From assembly GCA_047967505.1 (NCBI GenBank), contig CM106538.1: a stretch of 64,000 nt of DNA, one strand, 5' to 3'. Of this stretch, positions 10,495 through 22,897 are shown piece by piece; within the stretch, counting starts at the first letter, position 1, and each line of letters begins with the position of its first letter. Position numbers and translations under genes: made by a program. The notes beneath the pieces are model-generated. The model saw only the letters and a program-made list of their open reading frames with translations. It had not been told where the DNA came from and ran no database searches. The DNA comes from Dipteris shenzhenensis. Lineage: Eukaryota.

Positions 10495-13032
10495 TGTTGG
10501 AGATAAGTGCACACTAAGTGTACTATTTCCTAGTCTAAGTCTAAGTCTAGTCTTTATGTCTTGAGTGTGTGCCATGTGGCACTTCTACAATTATCCCATA
10601 AACACTCTTGCATTATGTCTTGTACTTTGGCCCATATATTCAATGGGTCACATCATTCTAATCTATCTGTCTAGCTTGTGTCTTGTCTACACTCTTCTCA
10701 AGGTATTTCTTATCTTTCAGTCTTGTCATCTCATTTCCATTTCCAGTTTCTAGTTCTAGTTCTTTTTCCATATTCCAACATGGTATCAGAGCTAGGTTGA
10801 TCCCTCTTCTCCCTCTTCTCTCCCCTCAAGTCTGTCTTCTCTCAGAACTCTCCCCCGCTGCAGTCTGCCTTTTTCTCAGATCTGTGTGTTCCTGCTCCAG
10901 ATCTGCGCCAGATCTGCGCTCCAGATCTGCGCATCATTTCTGCCAGATCTGAGCGCCAGATCTGCGCAGAACCTGCTGTCATCGACAGATCTGCGCACCG
11001 CCCCTCTTCTCCACGCTGCTGACCCTGCTGCCGCTGTAGATCTGCTCGCCATCCCTCTTCCAGATCTGCGCACCATTGCGCTGCAGATCTGCGCACCATT
11101 GCGCTGTAGATCTGCGCTCTGCTCTCCGTACGACCGCCGTACGCCGTCTTCGTCAGCGTCCGTACAGTCCGTACAGTCCGTACGACTGTACGGAATCTGT
11201 ACCTGCACCCGTTGTCCCAGTTCAGGTGGCCTCTACTGCTGCAGATCTGTCTGCCATTTCTGCCCTGACTTTTTGAAGCTGCTGCCCGTACCTTTTCCGT
11301 TCGAAATAAAGGAGGAGCTGAAGTTTTTTTATCTCTGCCCAACCTGCATTCAGTTCTGCATTCAGTTCTTGCTAAGGTACTGTACATTGTCTCTTTCAGT
11401 TTGCTGAGCAGTCTTTGTTAATCCTCATATCTGCAAACTGCTGGTTCCTCCTGCTTCGATGGGCTGTCATATGCTATGGCCCTGACAAAGTGGTGAGAGA
11501 ACTGGCTTCTAGGATCTCTTCTTCTCATTTATTTCTACAATATTGTAAGGGAATAGACACTGCCCTTGCATCCTAGCAAGAGGTAAGACCTTCCCACATG
11601 GCATCCTCCTCTCATTCTCTCATGTCTATCGACAAATTCAATGGGTCCAATTTTCATACTTGGCAGATCAAACTCAAGTGCCATCTTATGAAAGAAGGCC
11701 TTTGGGACATTGTTCACCGTGATGCCCCCGAAGGTCCATCTGAGCAAATTGTTACTGCCAAGAACGACAAAGCCTATGCTATCATATTGCTTGGCCTTGG
11801 AGATGATTACATTCATCACATCTCCGACATACAGTCTGCTCCTCAAGCATGGATCACTCTGGATACTCTTTTTGGAGCCCGATCTAAAAACTCTAAAATT
11901 GCACTTATGATCTCACTCTTTGATCTACATATGCAGGAAGGAGCTACTATAGCCTCTCATGTTAATTATCTTCGCAGTCTTATGGTTCAGCTTGCGTCAG
12001 TCAAGTCTCCCATCTCCGAAGATATTGCTATTGCCGTGCTTCTCAAAAGCTTACCTGACTCCTATGCTACTCTTGTCACTACCTTCAAGTATCATAATAA
12101 TCCTTCTCTTGAGGGTATCATCAATGCTCTCCAAGAGGAAGAAAGAACTCAACAACGCAAGGTAACTGACACTGCCTTTTTAGCAAAGAAAGGCAGTTCT
12201 AAGGTAAGAAAGCCTTGCACCCATTGTGGGAAGACTAATCATCCGGAGAAGGACTGTTTCAAGGCTCATCCATGCACCATTTGTGGCCGTGATAATCACC
12301 GGGAGAGGGACTGCTACTCCAAAACCTCTACATCAGCTCCTGGATCTACCTCAGCCCATGTTGCTGCAACATCTCCATCAGCTGATCCTGCTGTTCCTTC
12401 CTTACATGATGAAAAATGGGCTTTCTGATTACTTCTATGTTTTGTCTACCACCTTGACCACCGATGATGTAGGTCAAGGGGTTCTAGTGTCTTGGTCTTT
12501 CTATTTGTCTACAGTCAGTCTTCTGTCTATCTAGTCTTGTCTGTCTGTCTATTTGTCTATCAATCTGACTATGTTTTAGATCCATCTTGTCCCTACCCTT
12601 GTGGACCCATATGAGGATATCACTTGAGGAGGGGTGTCTCAGGATCTTTTGTCTGTCATGTCTTCTATCTTGTCTCTCAGTCTATCAGTCTTTATGTCTG
12701 TCCTCTAGTCTTGTCTTTCTTACTCCTAGTGTCCACTTAAGGAGGGTGTTGGAGATAAGTGCACACTAAGTGTACTATTTCCTAGTCTAAGTCTAAGTCT
12801 AGTCTTTATGTCTTGAGTGTGTGCCATGTGGCACTTCTACAATTATCCCATAAACACTCTTGCATTATGTCTTGTACTTTGGCCCATATATTCAATGGGT
12901 CACATCATTCTAATCTATCTGTCTAGCTTGTGTCTTGTCTACACTCTTCTCAAGGTATTTCTTATCTTTCAGTCTTGTCATCTCATTTCCATTTCCAGTT
13001 TCTAGTTCTAGTTCTTTTTCCATATTCCAACA
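10495..13032 (+). mobile_element. Intact 2538-bp gag-only copia-type LTR retrotransposon (TR-GAG-like)
   Basis: 286-bp TG...CA LTRs at 10495-10780 and 12747-13032 with no difference seen by eye. TSD GTACA (10490-94 / 13033-37), PBS TGGTATCAGAGC (10781-92), PPT AAGGAGGG before the 3' LTR. No pol sequence. Confidence 0.95.
11598..12428 (+). CDS. gag: Copia-type Gag, 276 aa, with two CCHC zinc knuckles
   Basis: Uninterrupted ORF with the copia Gag N-terminus KFNGSNFHTWQIKLKCHL..LWDIV, the motif LLKSLPDSY, and knuckles CTHCGKTNHPEKDC and CTICGRDNHRERDC. Confidence 0.9.
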   Translation: MASSSHSLMSIDKFNGSNFHTWQIKLKCHLMKEGLWDIVHRDAPEGPSEQIVTAKNDKAYAIILLGLGDDYIHHISDIQSAPQAWITLDTLFGARSKNSKIALMISLFDLHMQEGATIASHVNYLRSLMVQLASVKSPISEDIAIAVLLKSLPDSYATLVTTFKYHNNPSLEGIINALQEEERTQQRKVTDTAFLAKKGSSKVRKPCTHCGKTNHPEKDCFKAHPCTICGRDNHRERDCYSKTSTSAPGSTSAHVAATSPSADPAVPSLHDEKWAF

Positions 13033-13208
13033 GTACAAAGCTCTACAAAGACTTGAATGCTAGTCAAACAAATGGTTTAAAATGTAGAAAATCATGTCAT
13101 GTCAGCCTTGATTCTAGGTAGTGTTGCTTTTGCTTTGTACTTGCTCTTGCTGGACCTTGAAGGTAACCATCTGTCTCATTAGCCACTTTGGTCCTTTGGA
13201 GATGTGAG

Positions 13209-14519
13209 TCTCTCTCTCTCTCTCTCTCTCTCCTTCCCCCCCCATCAATCCCGTCATCAATCCCTCCATCAATCCTGTCGTAGATCTCAATAGATCTCTG
13301 TCATCTTCAATCCCGTCATTGTCGTAAATCTCCAGTAGATGTCGAAGATCTGTCGCCCGTCGCAGATCCCATCGCCTGTCGTAGATCTAGGTCGTTGCCT
13401 CAACAGTTCATCAATCACCTCATAAAGTCGTTGTCCTACAGCTTTGCTCCACCTCAGCCCTAACAATCGACTCAGCCCGCCACAGTCAGCCCCAGGTTGA
13501 TGAGCTGAGCCCCTGGCTCAGCTTGGGGCGTTGGACTTAGCAAAGGGGCTTTTAGATCAAGACCAAACTCTTTGCTTCTACCACGGAACAAGAAGCCTTC
13601 ATATTTTGCTGTTGTAGCAACACCTAGCCGATTCGCATTGACGCACAAATGAAGGATTGACGCAGACCCAAATGGGCAGATTTATTATCTATAGCAAGAA
13701 GGAAGGGAGCTCAGACTTTTGGTCGTAGCCCTCCAGAGGAAAGTGAAGGAGATGGAAAACAATGGCAAGAGGGAAATCATGCAGGAGGTCATGCAGATAC
13801 ACAGTGAAGCAGAACCTGCACCACAATTGGTGACTAAAGTCCAGCACATGGTTACCAATCAAGTCAAGTCAATACAACAAGAAATCACGGTAGCAATGGA
13901 CAATAAAATCAACAAAAGCGAAGTATATGAAGAGGTACAAGAACAGAGAGGGTAATACCCGGTGTCTACGCATTGGAGGACTACTTGAGAGTTAGCATGA
14001 AGGGAATGTGGAAGAAAAGATTGATGATATTATAGTAGCAACCCCTCAGATCGAATGGGACTCAAAGGACATAGTTGGTGATCTCCAAGTTGGGACACAA
14101 GCCAAGGTGGTTCTCAATGATAGGAAAGCAAGAAGTAAGACTCTCAAGCAAACCACCAAGTTGAGAGGCACAAAAATATGGATCTTAGAGGACTCACTCC
14201 TACTCAGCTTAAGATGAAAGCTATAGGATTGACTGAAGTGAAGGAAGCCCACAAGGAAGGAAAAGGGGTTGTTTATAGAGACGGAAAGGCACTTATCAAA
14301 GACTTCAAATCCAAACTCAAAGACTCTCCGTCTTAAACTGATGTAATGCAGGTTGATTATCTTTTGAAGTAGACCATAGTTGACCTATACAAACGATGTG
14401 AGTGGTATACACACTCCCAAGAGACTCTCAATCTATAACTGATGTTTGGTATTTATCCTTTTGGTGTATATTTTGTCCCATAGGCCCGTGAGGCCTCTCG
14501 AGGATGTTAATCTCTCTCT

Positions 14520-14532
<13 letters not shown>
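13209..14532 (+). mobile_element. ORF1-only LINE derivative bounded by (TC)12 and (TC)11
   Basis: Degenerate coiled-coil-like ORF from ~13719 ends KLRGTKIWILED(fs)LTPTQLKMKAIGLTEVKEAHKEGKGVVYRDGKALIKDF...* (stop 14336), resembling a LINE ORF1 C-terminal domain. It is followed directly by a short 3' UTR, a stem-loop and the (TC)n tail. Confidence 0.6.
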
Positions 14533-14551
<19 letters not shown>

Positions 14552-17500
14552 TTTATTTTTTTTTGGAGAAGAAATCTTTTATTGTTGTAAAATAATTACA
14601 TTCATAGTTACTTCGAAAATGGAGTAACTATTACTCAACTAAAGATCTCAGTATAAGCTATATGCACATCCTGATCAATCAAACGAGTCTGAACACAATC
14701 ATAGAATGATTGCTGCAGAGATCGTTTGAAAAAAATAAAGGATGAAAAAAGTGGATCACCAAAGACTATGATTTCTGTCCATCCATAAAGTCCATAGTGC
14801 CCAGTAGCGTAACCATACAAACAATAAATCAAAACCCTGTCTCGCTGGATGAAAACCAAACAACCAGAAAAGCTTGCCAAAAGTAACAGTAGGAAATCTC
14901 GCTCGAAGCCTGTGTCGGATGAGAGCGACGAAGTCACAAGTATGTGGACAGAACCAAAAGATGTGATGCACAGATTCAGTAGGGTGTAAGCATCTATGAC
15001 AAACAGTCGAGCAATATGTCTGTGTGCGAGTAACTGGCCAGATGGAAAAATGCCAAGCAGGACTCGCCAAAGGAAGAGCTGTTGTCAAAGAGGGACTTTG
15101 TAATGCCAAAGGAGATGCAACTGTTTTCTCCACCACTTTAGTGGGCGATCCATATGCCAAACAATATTTGCTCTGGCAGAAATCCAAGGTGGAAGTAATA
15201 ACACTTTATACAGTGATGACATTGTGATATGTGAGAGCTTCAAGGGACGGGCTGAAGAGGAGGAAGAGTGTAAAATCCAATCCTCAAGCCTATTCTAAAG
15301 TTCCAAGCGAGGTACCAGCAAAAACGATTGAAGCATTGTTGAAATCCTATGCCATAAAGGACGATAATGAGCTCCCAAATCGTACTTGCTGGCAGTCATA
15401 GAAAAAGATAAAAGTGTGCCATCATCCTGAAGTACATCCGCCACAGATGAAATGCCTTTAAAGGAGAGAAAATAAGAACGTCTGGGTTCTTGAATGGCCA
15501 AAGAAGGGTGGAATACTTTAGACCAATAAATATTCTCAGCCCTCAAAGAGTTTCCCGACAAAGAATCTCGGCCATGCCATTCCAAGTGGGATAAGATATG
15601 TTTCCAATCGAGAAGCAGGCCAGAAACAAAAGGGCAGCCTCTGATCTTGCCTTGGATAGAGCCAAATAGGAAATGCCACTGAGTAGGCTGCCAATGCCCA
15701 AAGGCAGAGGTATAAATATGTAATAAGAGAGAACGGATCATGAAAGTCCAAGGCTGATCTCCTTGCATAAACTGCAACAACATTTTTCCCCTGTGAGCAA
15801 GTAAATGCATTTGAATATTGAGAATGTTCAGAGCCCCGTGCATCTTTGGAGAACAGAGACGATGCATAGAGAGTAATCTGAGACTTTTCTTGCCATTTTT
15901 TGCACACCAAAAAATTTCCATGATAGCTGACATAAAGGAATTCAGCTCTGCCTTAGTGAACATAATGAGAGGCAGATAAAATTGTATGTATGCTATCAAA
16001 ATAAATTGTGCGATTCGCAAATGAACATGTAGTGGCCAAGTTGCAAGCTTCCAATATTCAAGTTTTGCCCTCAACTTTGTTAACACCCAATCAGTTTGTT
16101 GGGAACGGGTGAGTTCCCAACCTAGAGGATAGCCAAGATGTCGAATAAATTGAGAAACGGGGACAATTTCCCCAGGCCACAGAAGTCTGTGCCATTCCTG
16201 TTCATGCAACGACAACAATTTTGATTTCTAAAAATTTACCGGAAGACCAGCAGCCAATCCATATGTAGAAAGAGCCTTCATAATCATGGACAGATCACTT
16301 CGAGTATTTTTTAGGGTAAAGAATGAATCATCAGCATATGCTTGAGTGATCATGCTACGACTACCAGCAATCTCTAAACCGTGCAACTGGTCAGTGTCCA
16401 AAAGGTGGTCCAGATATTGAAGTATTGGATGAGTGGCTATGGCAAAAAGTAAAGCACTTAGGGGACATCCTTGCCTAACAGAACAACCAAGAGTCCAGGA
16501 TGTAGAAATATCCCCTGAAAGTATGCAGGGAGCTTTACTATCTTGATATAGCCAAGTGATAACTTGCTGCATTTTTGTGCCAAATCCCAATGTCTGCATA
16601 GTCGATGAAATAAAATCCCACTTAACAGTATCAAAGGCTTTGGCAATATCAACTTGCAATAATAAAATATCCTGCTGCGTGTATTTGGCATATTCAATTC
16701 AAACAAAGGCATTAGCAATGTTATCTGTGATATGCCTACGCGGGACAAAGCCATATTGGGCAGGATGCAACCCATCATGTAAAAACCCTTTTAGCCGATC
16801 GACAATCATTTTTGTAGTGACTTTGTAAATGACTGGCATAAGGGTGATAGGTCTCCAGTCTGCCAAAGATTTGTTTTTTTGGAAGGAGTTTAACAAGACC
16901 TCTCTTCCATGTGTCTGGCATTTTCTGATTTTGCCATGCAGCATTCACCATATGTAGCAATGTATGCTTCAAAAGAGGCCAATATTCTAGAAAAAACTCG
17001 ACTGTAAGACCATCCCATCCTGGAGATTTCCATCTGCCGCAAGATTTGATTGCATTTGACAGTTCCCTCTCAGTAAAAGGTTCCTCCAATTCCAAAGCTT
17101 GAGTAGTGGAAATAATAGGAGAAACATGCTGCAACAGTAAATTTCGTGCAACCAAAACCTGCTGTGAGGGAGGAATTGCAGAACCAAATTGCTGAGAGAA
17201 ATGATGCACACAAACCGAAGCAAGCTATGACCGTGAGGTGGTCCATGATCCATTAGGCATAAGCACCCTGCAAATTTCTGTTTTTAATCTCCTCTGATGC
17301 AAGCTTTTGAAAAATTCTTTGGAAGAGCAGCCTTTATCTATAAAGGTTCTTTGTCTAGTTCTAGTCTCCCATTTAGCCAGTTTTCTGTGATCATTTAGTT
17401 TAAGACAATGTCTGGCCTGGCATAGTGTTGTTTGCTCATGTAGGGACAATGAACGAAGATGGCTAAGTTCAGTGAGATCCTGACAAGTGAGTTTGGCCTG

Positions 17501-19720
17501 AGCAATAGTTTCCCTCAGAGTCTTCATGTAAGACTTGCCATAACCTCTAATCACAACTTGCATTTTGGAAACAAAAGAATCCCAGGCATCATCAATATGA
17601 ATATGGCAGCAAGAAGACAGAGAATGAGATGCTTCAGTAACCATGGCCTTGAAAGCAACATGTTGCAAGTAGCTATTGTTCACGATCAGATGTCGCCTTT
17701 GTGGCAATCTATCATCTGGCATATCATGAAAGGATAACCGCAACCATAGAGGTGCATGATCTGAATGCACAAAGGCATAGTCAATCCACATTTTGCATGT
17801 AATATCCCCGTTTTGTTGCGGAGCTACACTATACCATCGATTCAGACGTGCCTGATAAGAAGAAAGAGCATTATGTTGGAAGGTGTATCCAAGTGCCAAA
17901 GGCTGCAATTCCTTCCAAAGGTCAACCAAATCCAGATACATCAGTAATTTAGGCCATGCATGCCTTTCAGGGGTTAACATATGAGTATGTCTGGAGGTAT
18001 TGTCACCCTATTGAGGAGCATTATTGAAATCTCCACATATAAAGGCATGATATCTCCATGGATATTGTTGCATGGCATCCCAAATCGCAGTTCTTTCTCT
18101 AGAGGATTGAGGTGCATAAACAGAGGCAAATTCAAACACCTCTCCTCGAATAATGCATTGAAGAACAAGCCATCTACCTTTGTTGTCATTTAGAGCAATA
18201 ACTGGTTGAAACTCATGTTTGATCAAAAGGACCACCCCTGAGAAAGAGTGCTCCCTAGCATAGAAAATGTCATAGCCACAGTAGTGTCCTGTCTTTCCTG
18301 CATAGACATGTTGGTTGTGTTCTTGTAATGCCACTATGTCAGGCTGAAATCTATTGATGTACAGCCACATTGTTTTCCATTTCCTACTGTCACACATCCC
18401 CTGGACATTGAGTGTAAAACATTTGATATGAGCAGTCATATTTACATATATTTATAGCAATATAACAACTATGTACAAGAGCAAATTTCATGAAGTCAGC
18501 CCTGCATTTCTATCTCAGGGTCAATGCCTCTCCCCTGAGAAGAAATATCCACCTGAGGAGTAGATAGCAAAGCAGCAACCTCTTCTTCAGGGAAGAGTGT
18601 TCTGCTAGATGTCACTGCAGCCCATGTGATCCCAATTCCTATATTGACCTCTGGGGTGTTTCCACTAGAAGATGCACCATTCCAAGTGCAAGGGGGTGGA
18701 AGTCTTCGAACAATAAAGCATACTACTATTAGGGTGTGACCTGGTGGGTCAAAGAGAACATATTTTCTAAGGACCTTGGCTAGAAACTCAAACTAAAGTA
18801 TCTTTAGCCATCACCATTTCGAGTACATAGGGCCAATGATAGACCAATAATTCCTAAGTGCATGCTCCAAGGTGTGTGCTTAGGTAGTGGCAACATATAT
18901 TTCAAGGTTAACCTTATAGTGCTTGCCATTACAGGAAGAAAAGAACCTTTCTTACTTGGAAGACCTTGGTTGAAGAAGGGACAAGATAATACATAATTGG
19001 AAAATTGGGTGATGACAATACGAATTAAGGGAAGTTCTCGATGAAGACCCAAGAATGATCGACCTTGAGACAACCAATGTCCAGAGACCATGAATGGGGA
19101 TTAACGTATCTTTTGTTTTCCAACCACCTTCACCAAGGACCAAGGAGCGAAACGTAGTCCACAAGAGGACCCAAACATTTGGATGTATTTTCTTGAAGAC
19201 ACCATGACAAAACTATTGAATTTGGGTACTAGGAGGACTATCATACAAACAATATTGGTCAATATTTCCAATACTGGGTACTCAATGACAGTTTGAATAT
19301 TACCAAGATATATTTGCACTAGTGAGGTGATATACCTGTCTTGAAGTCCTGGGCGGTTCATCTTCTAGTACATTATATGTGGCTTTGGTTTCTTCACCAC
19401 ATTTTAAAGGGACTAGTCTTGAATGAATGCAAGGGTAATTATCCCCTGATATATACAACCCTTTGCTAGTGTGCATCATAAGGGATGTCACCCTTGAAGA
19501 TCAAGGTAAATTTCAAGATGCCAAGGGATTAGAGTATGGAGATCCACCTTCAAAGTTTTTGTTGAGTTACTTAGGTGAAATGGTACAACATAGAGAACCA
19601 CATGAATTACTTCCTACACAATCTACACCACTTTGAATAAGATGGACCAGGAATGATTTACCGAGTAGCCAATCGGGATCAAATGAAGAAGATATTATTG
19701 AGAAGATATAGAAAGGAGAT
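14552..19720 (-). mobile_element. L1-clade LINE, degenerate; 5' boundary approximate
   Basis: A-rich tail (plus-strand T run 14552-14564) with AATAAA-like signal, recognisable ORF2 domains, and a disrupted putative ORF1 at ~18480-19700. Confidence 0.88.
14635..18439 (-). pseudogene. L1 ORF2 (APE endonuclease, reverse transcriptase, C-terminal CCHC) with several frameshifts
   Basis: EN motifs: TLNVQG, LQE, SVYAP, GDFN, SDHAP. RT motifs: SPGWDG, WRPITL, DIAKAFD, VRQGCPLS, YADD, RHLGYP. C-terminal CHRC..ESVHHIFWFC. Confidence 0.92.
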
Positions 19721-19727
19721 CAACAAA

Positions 19728-19920
19728 TGTTAGAGATGGTAAAGGTGTGGGAGAGTGGAGTTGTGGAAGAGAGGAGAGGGGCCACGACAAGTCAAAGATC
19801 TCTATACAAATGTACACTTCTATGTCCCAAAAAGATGAATTGTGTGGTTATGTACATAACTCTACTAGGAAGGCCCTATTAAGCAATCTATTTCTCATAG
19901 TGTACTTTACCTCCTCAACA
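19728..19920 (-). mobile_element. Short LTR (193 bp) with adjacent PPT
   Basis: TGTTAGAG...CTCAACA followed on + by CCCCCT. A second TTAACA(C)n PPT-like block lies at ~20071-20090. Confidence 0.55.
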
Positions 19921-20090
19921 CCCCCTATTTTTTTGCAATTTCTAGATGAGGGTGGAGTATATGAGATAATTATCATGAGAGAAAAAATTGCAGACTCTAA
20001 TGTTGCGATGAGCATGGCAATTGAGGTTAAGTGAAATTGGAAAAAAGAATAGAGAGCAACTTATCATCCATTAACACCCCCCCCCCCCCC

Positions 20091-21528
20091 ATGTGTGGTA
20101 TGTTGACTCAGGTGCATCAAACCACATCACAAGTCATGCAGAGTGGATGCCGGATGCAAGGAAAATGGAAAGACCAGGATTTGTGGAGACTGGTGATGAT
20201 ATTGCACATCCTATTGTGCAGATTGGTAAAATTCCTTTGTCTATGCAGGATGGGAAAAAAAGAAATATATGTTTAATGTATTTCATGTCCCGAATATCAC
20301 CAAGAATCTGGTTTCTGTTGGTTAAATGGTTGAGCAGGGCTTGCCAATCAGATTTAATCCTCATGGATGCTTTGTTGAGGATATGAAAAATAAAGGTCGC
20401 TTGATAGCAAAAGGGAAGAAGAAGGGTAGGATGTTTACGTTGGATGCAGACATGTCTGAATTGAGTGCAACATTGTTTGCACATGGGACCAGTGTAGTTG
20501 CAGATATTGATATCTGGCATAAACGCATTGGTCATGTTAATGTACAACAACTTAAATTAATGCAGGCCCAAAATATTATTGTAGGATTGCCTAAGTTCAA
20601 GGTTGCAGAAATGCATAAGGTATGTGAAGCCTGTCAATTTGGAAAACAGGCAAGGAAACCATTTCCTATACATGTTCAAGAGAGTAAGACGCCATTGGAA
20701 TTAATCCACTCTGATGTGTGGACTACTAAAGCTGCATCTATTGGAGGCTGTGATTATTTTGTCACTTTTATTGATGACTACAGCAGAAAAGTTTGGGTGT
20801 ATTTTATGAACAAGAAAAGTGAAGTGTTTGGGCATTTCAAAGCTTTTAAAGCTATGGTTGAAAAAGAAACATGCTTGCAAATAAAATGCCTAAGGTCAGA
20901 TGGAGGGGGAGAGTACCTCTCAAATGAGTTTGCAAGGTTCCTGCAGGAGCATGGCATAAAGCAGTAATATTCATGCAGTCATACCCCACAGCAAAATGGA
21001 CTTGCAGAAAGAAAAAATAGGCATATTGGAGAGGTATCTCGTGCCATGCTCTAAAAAATACCTACCAGATTATTATTGGGCTAAAGCAGTTGCTATAGCA
21101 GTCTACATAATGAATAGGACTCCCACTACAGCAATACATGGCATGACGCCCGAGGAGAGGTATACTGGTAGGAAACCAGATATTTCTCATTTGAAAGTTT
21201 TTGGTTGCATTGCCTATGTTCATGCGCCAGATGAGTTGAGATCCAAGTTGGATCCAAAAGCTGAGAAGTGCATCTTTATTGGTTATTCTCTGCAAGGGTA
21301 TAGATGCTATAACCCTTCTACTCGTAAGTTCACAATGAGCAAAGATGTTGTTTCTGATGAGATGAGCAGCTGGTATAAACCAGTAAATGTGATTGATGAT
21401 GTAGATGCACAAAATGGTAATGCTGCACAAAATTCACAGCAGCAATGACAAAATATTAATGGACCTGTAGTGTCCTCTAGCAGTGGTTCACATACTTCAC
21501 CATGCACAGGCAGATTGAGATCAGGCTC
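20091..21528 (+). mobile_element. Copia pol fragment (protease, GAG-pre-integrase, integrase), degenerate
   Basis: WYVDSGASNH, WHKRIGH, CEAC, LELIHSDVW, IDDYSR, LRSDGGGEY, KLDPKAEKCIFIGY. Confidence 0.92.
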
Positions 21529-22897
21529 TAGACCATTCAAGGTCACAGAAACTAAATCATCATCTTCCATTGGCGACCCAATGGAAGCAAGTGCATCTGC
21601 AATCTTCTTCACCTTCATGTGGTAGTCATTGATGCTCATATTTTCTCTCTGCGCATTATGCAACTCCATCTTGAGCTGCATTTTCCTGGCTTGCATATTT
21701 GTGCTATACATTTTTGTCAAAGTATCCCATGCCTCCTTTAGTGTGCTTGCATCCTGAATATGCACAATCATAGAATCTCAAATACTGATAGACAGCTAGT
21801 ACATAACTTTCTTGGCTCTCTCATGCTAGCCTTTAAATGCTAGCATTAGGAATAACTGGTTCTTGTTTAGCTCCAGTAATGAACTCCCAATAGCCTTTTC
21901 CCTTAAGGAAATTTGTCATTCTAAACTTCCATGCTGGGAAGTTATTCTTGTCAAGCTTTTCAGTGACTATCTATGAAAGAGCATCAGATGCCATTATAGA
22001 ACACTGCAAAAATATTCTGTCACTACAAAAAACACAACTTTTGCCTCACAAGGGCAAATCTACAAAACTGACGAAAGTGGTTTGACCACACAGTCACTTC
22101 CTAGTGACGATTTTGCATCAACAGGCAATAAGAATTATTCTATCACTCCCAATATCTCTGCGCATAGGAATACGATGCAATTTTTGCGGCAACTTTTCAC
22201 CGACCCACAGAACAGTGGTCGCATAACAAAAACAGGGCACCTTTCTGAGTACCTGTGAAAAACTTCCGCCACCAAAATGGCCCCCGAAATGGCCTAGAAT
22301 CAAAAAAATAATACTGCCCTCTCCCGTAGCATATACTGCCCTCTCGTCGCACCATGAAGGGCATCCCAATCAGTGCACTCTTATAGACAGTGCACTCTTG
22401 CACTTTTCGGCTGTGCTACCTGCAGAGATTTGCTCCCAAACTCCAAAAAGGAAAGCAACACTGATCCTCTTACCAAGACACCGCGAACTTGGTTTGCTTT
22501 CTTGAGCTCCTTACTATGAACCGATCTCTCATACCATGTGAAGAGAGTGGGAGAGAAGTAAGGAGTCTCACTTGCAACTTTCTCACATGCACAAAGGGGG
22601 AATACACACAAAGGTGGAGGCTGAAAATAGTTTTCCTCTTCTTAGTTGTGAAAGCCCAAAAGAACTCTCTCTCTTAGTATAAAAGGAATAGATGAACCCT
22701 ATATGTGGGTCTCAAACCAAACTCAGCTAACCTAGGTGGCATACTAACTGAGCCACTAACTAGAGTACATAAAGATAGCTGTCATCCGACTATTATTCAT
22801 GGGCGGTGTACCAACCGCATCTGCAGCTAACAAGTCGGTGACATAAATGCACAACAGTCACCCTGGCATATCACCAGTGGAGCTCGATATCTCAACA
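21529..22897 (-). mobile_element. Copia 5' LTR (22537-22897), PBS and gag N-terminus (ATG 21994), truncated at 21529
   Basis: LTR with TG/CA ends, PBS TGGTATGAGAG, gag KLDKNNFPAWKFRM...EAWDTL...VTLNGL. Confidence 0.85.

Noticed and set aside
10842-11407. Overlapping 110-181 aa ORFs on both strands
   Set aside because: By-products of GC-rich AGATCTGCGC repeats in the retroelement leader; no protein motifs.
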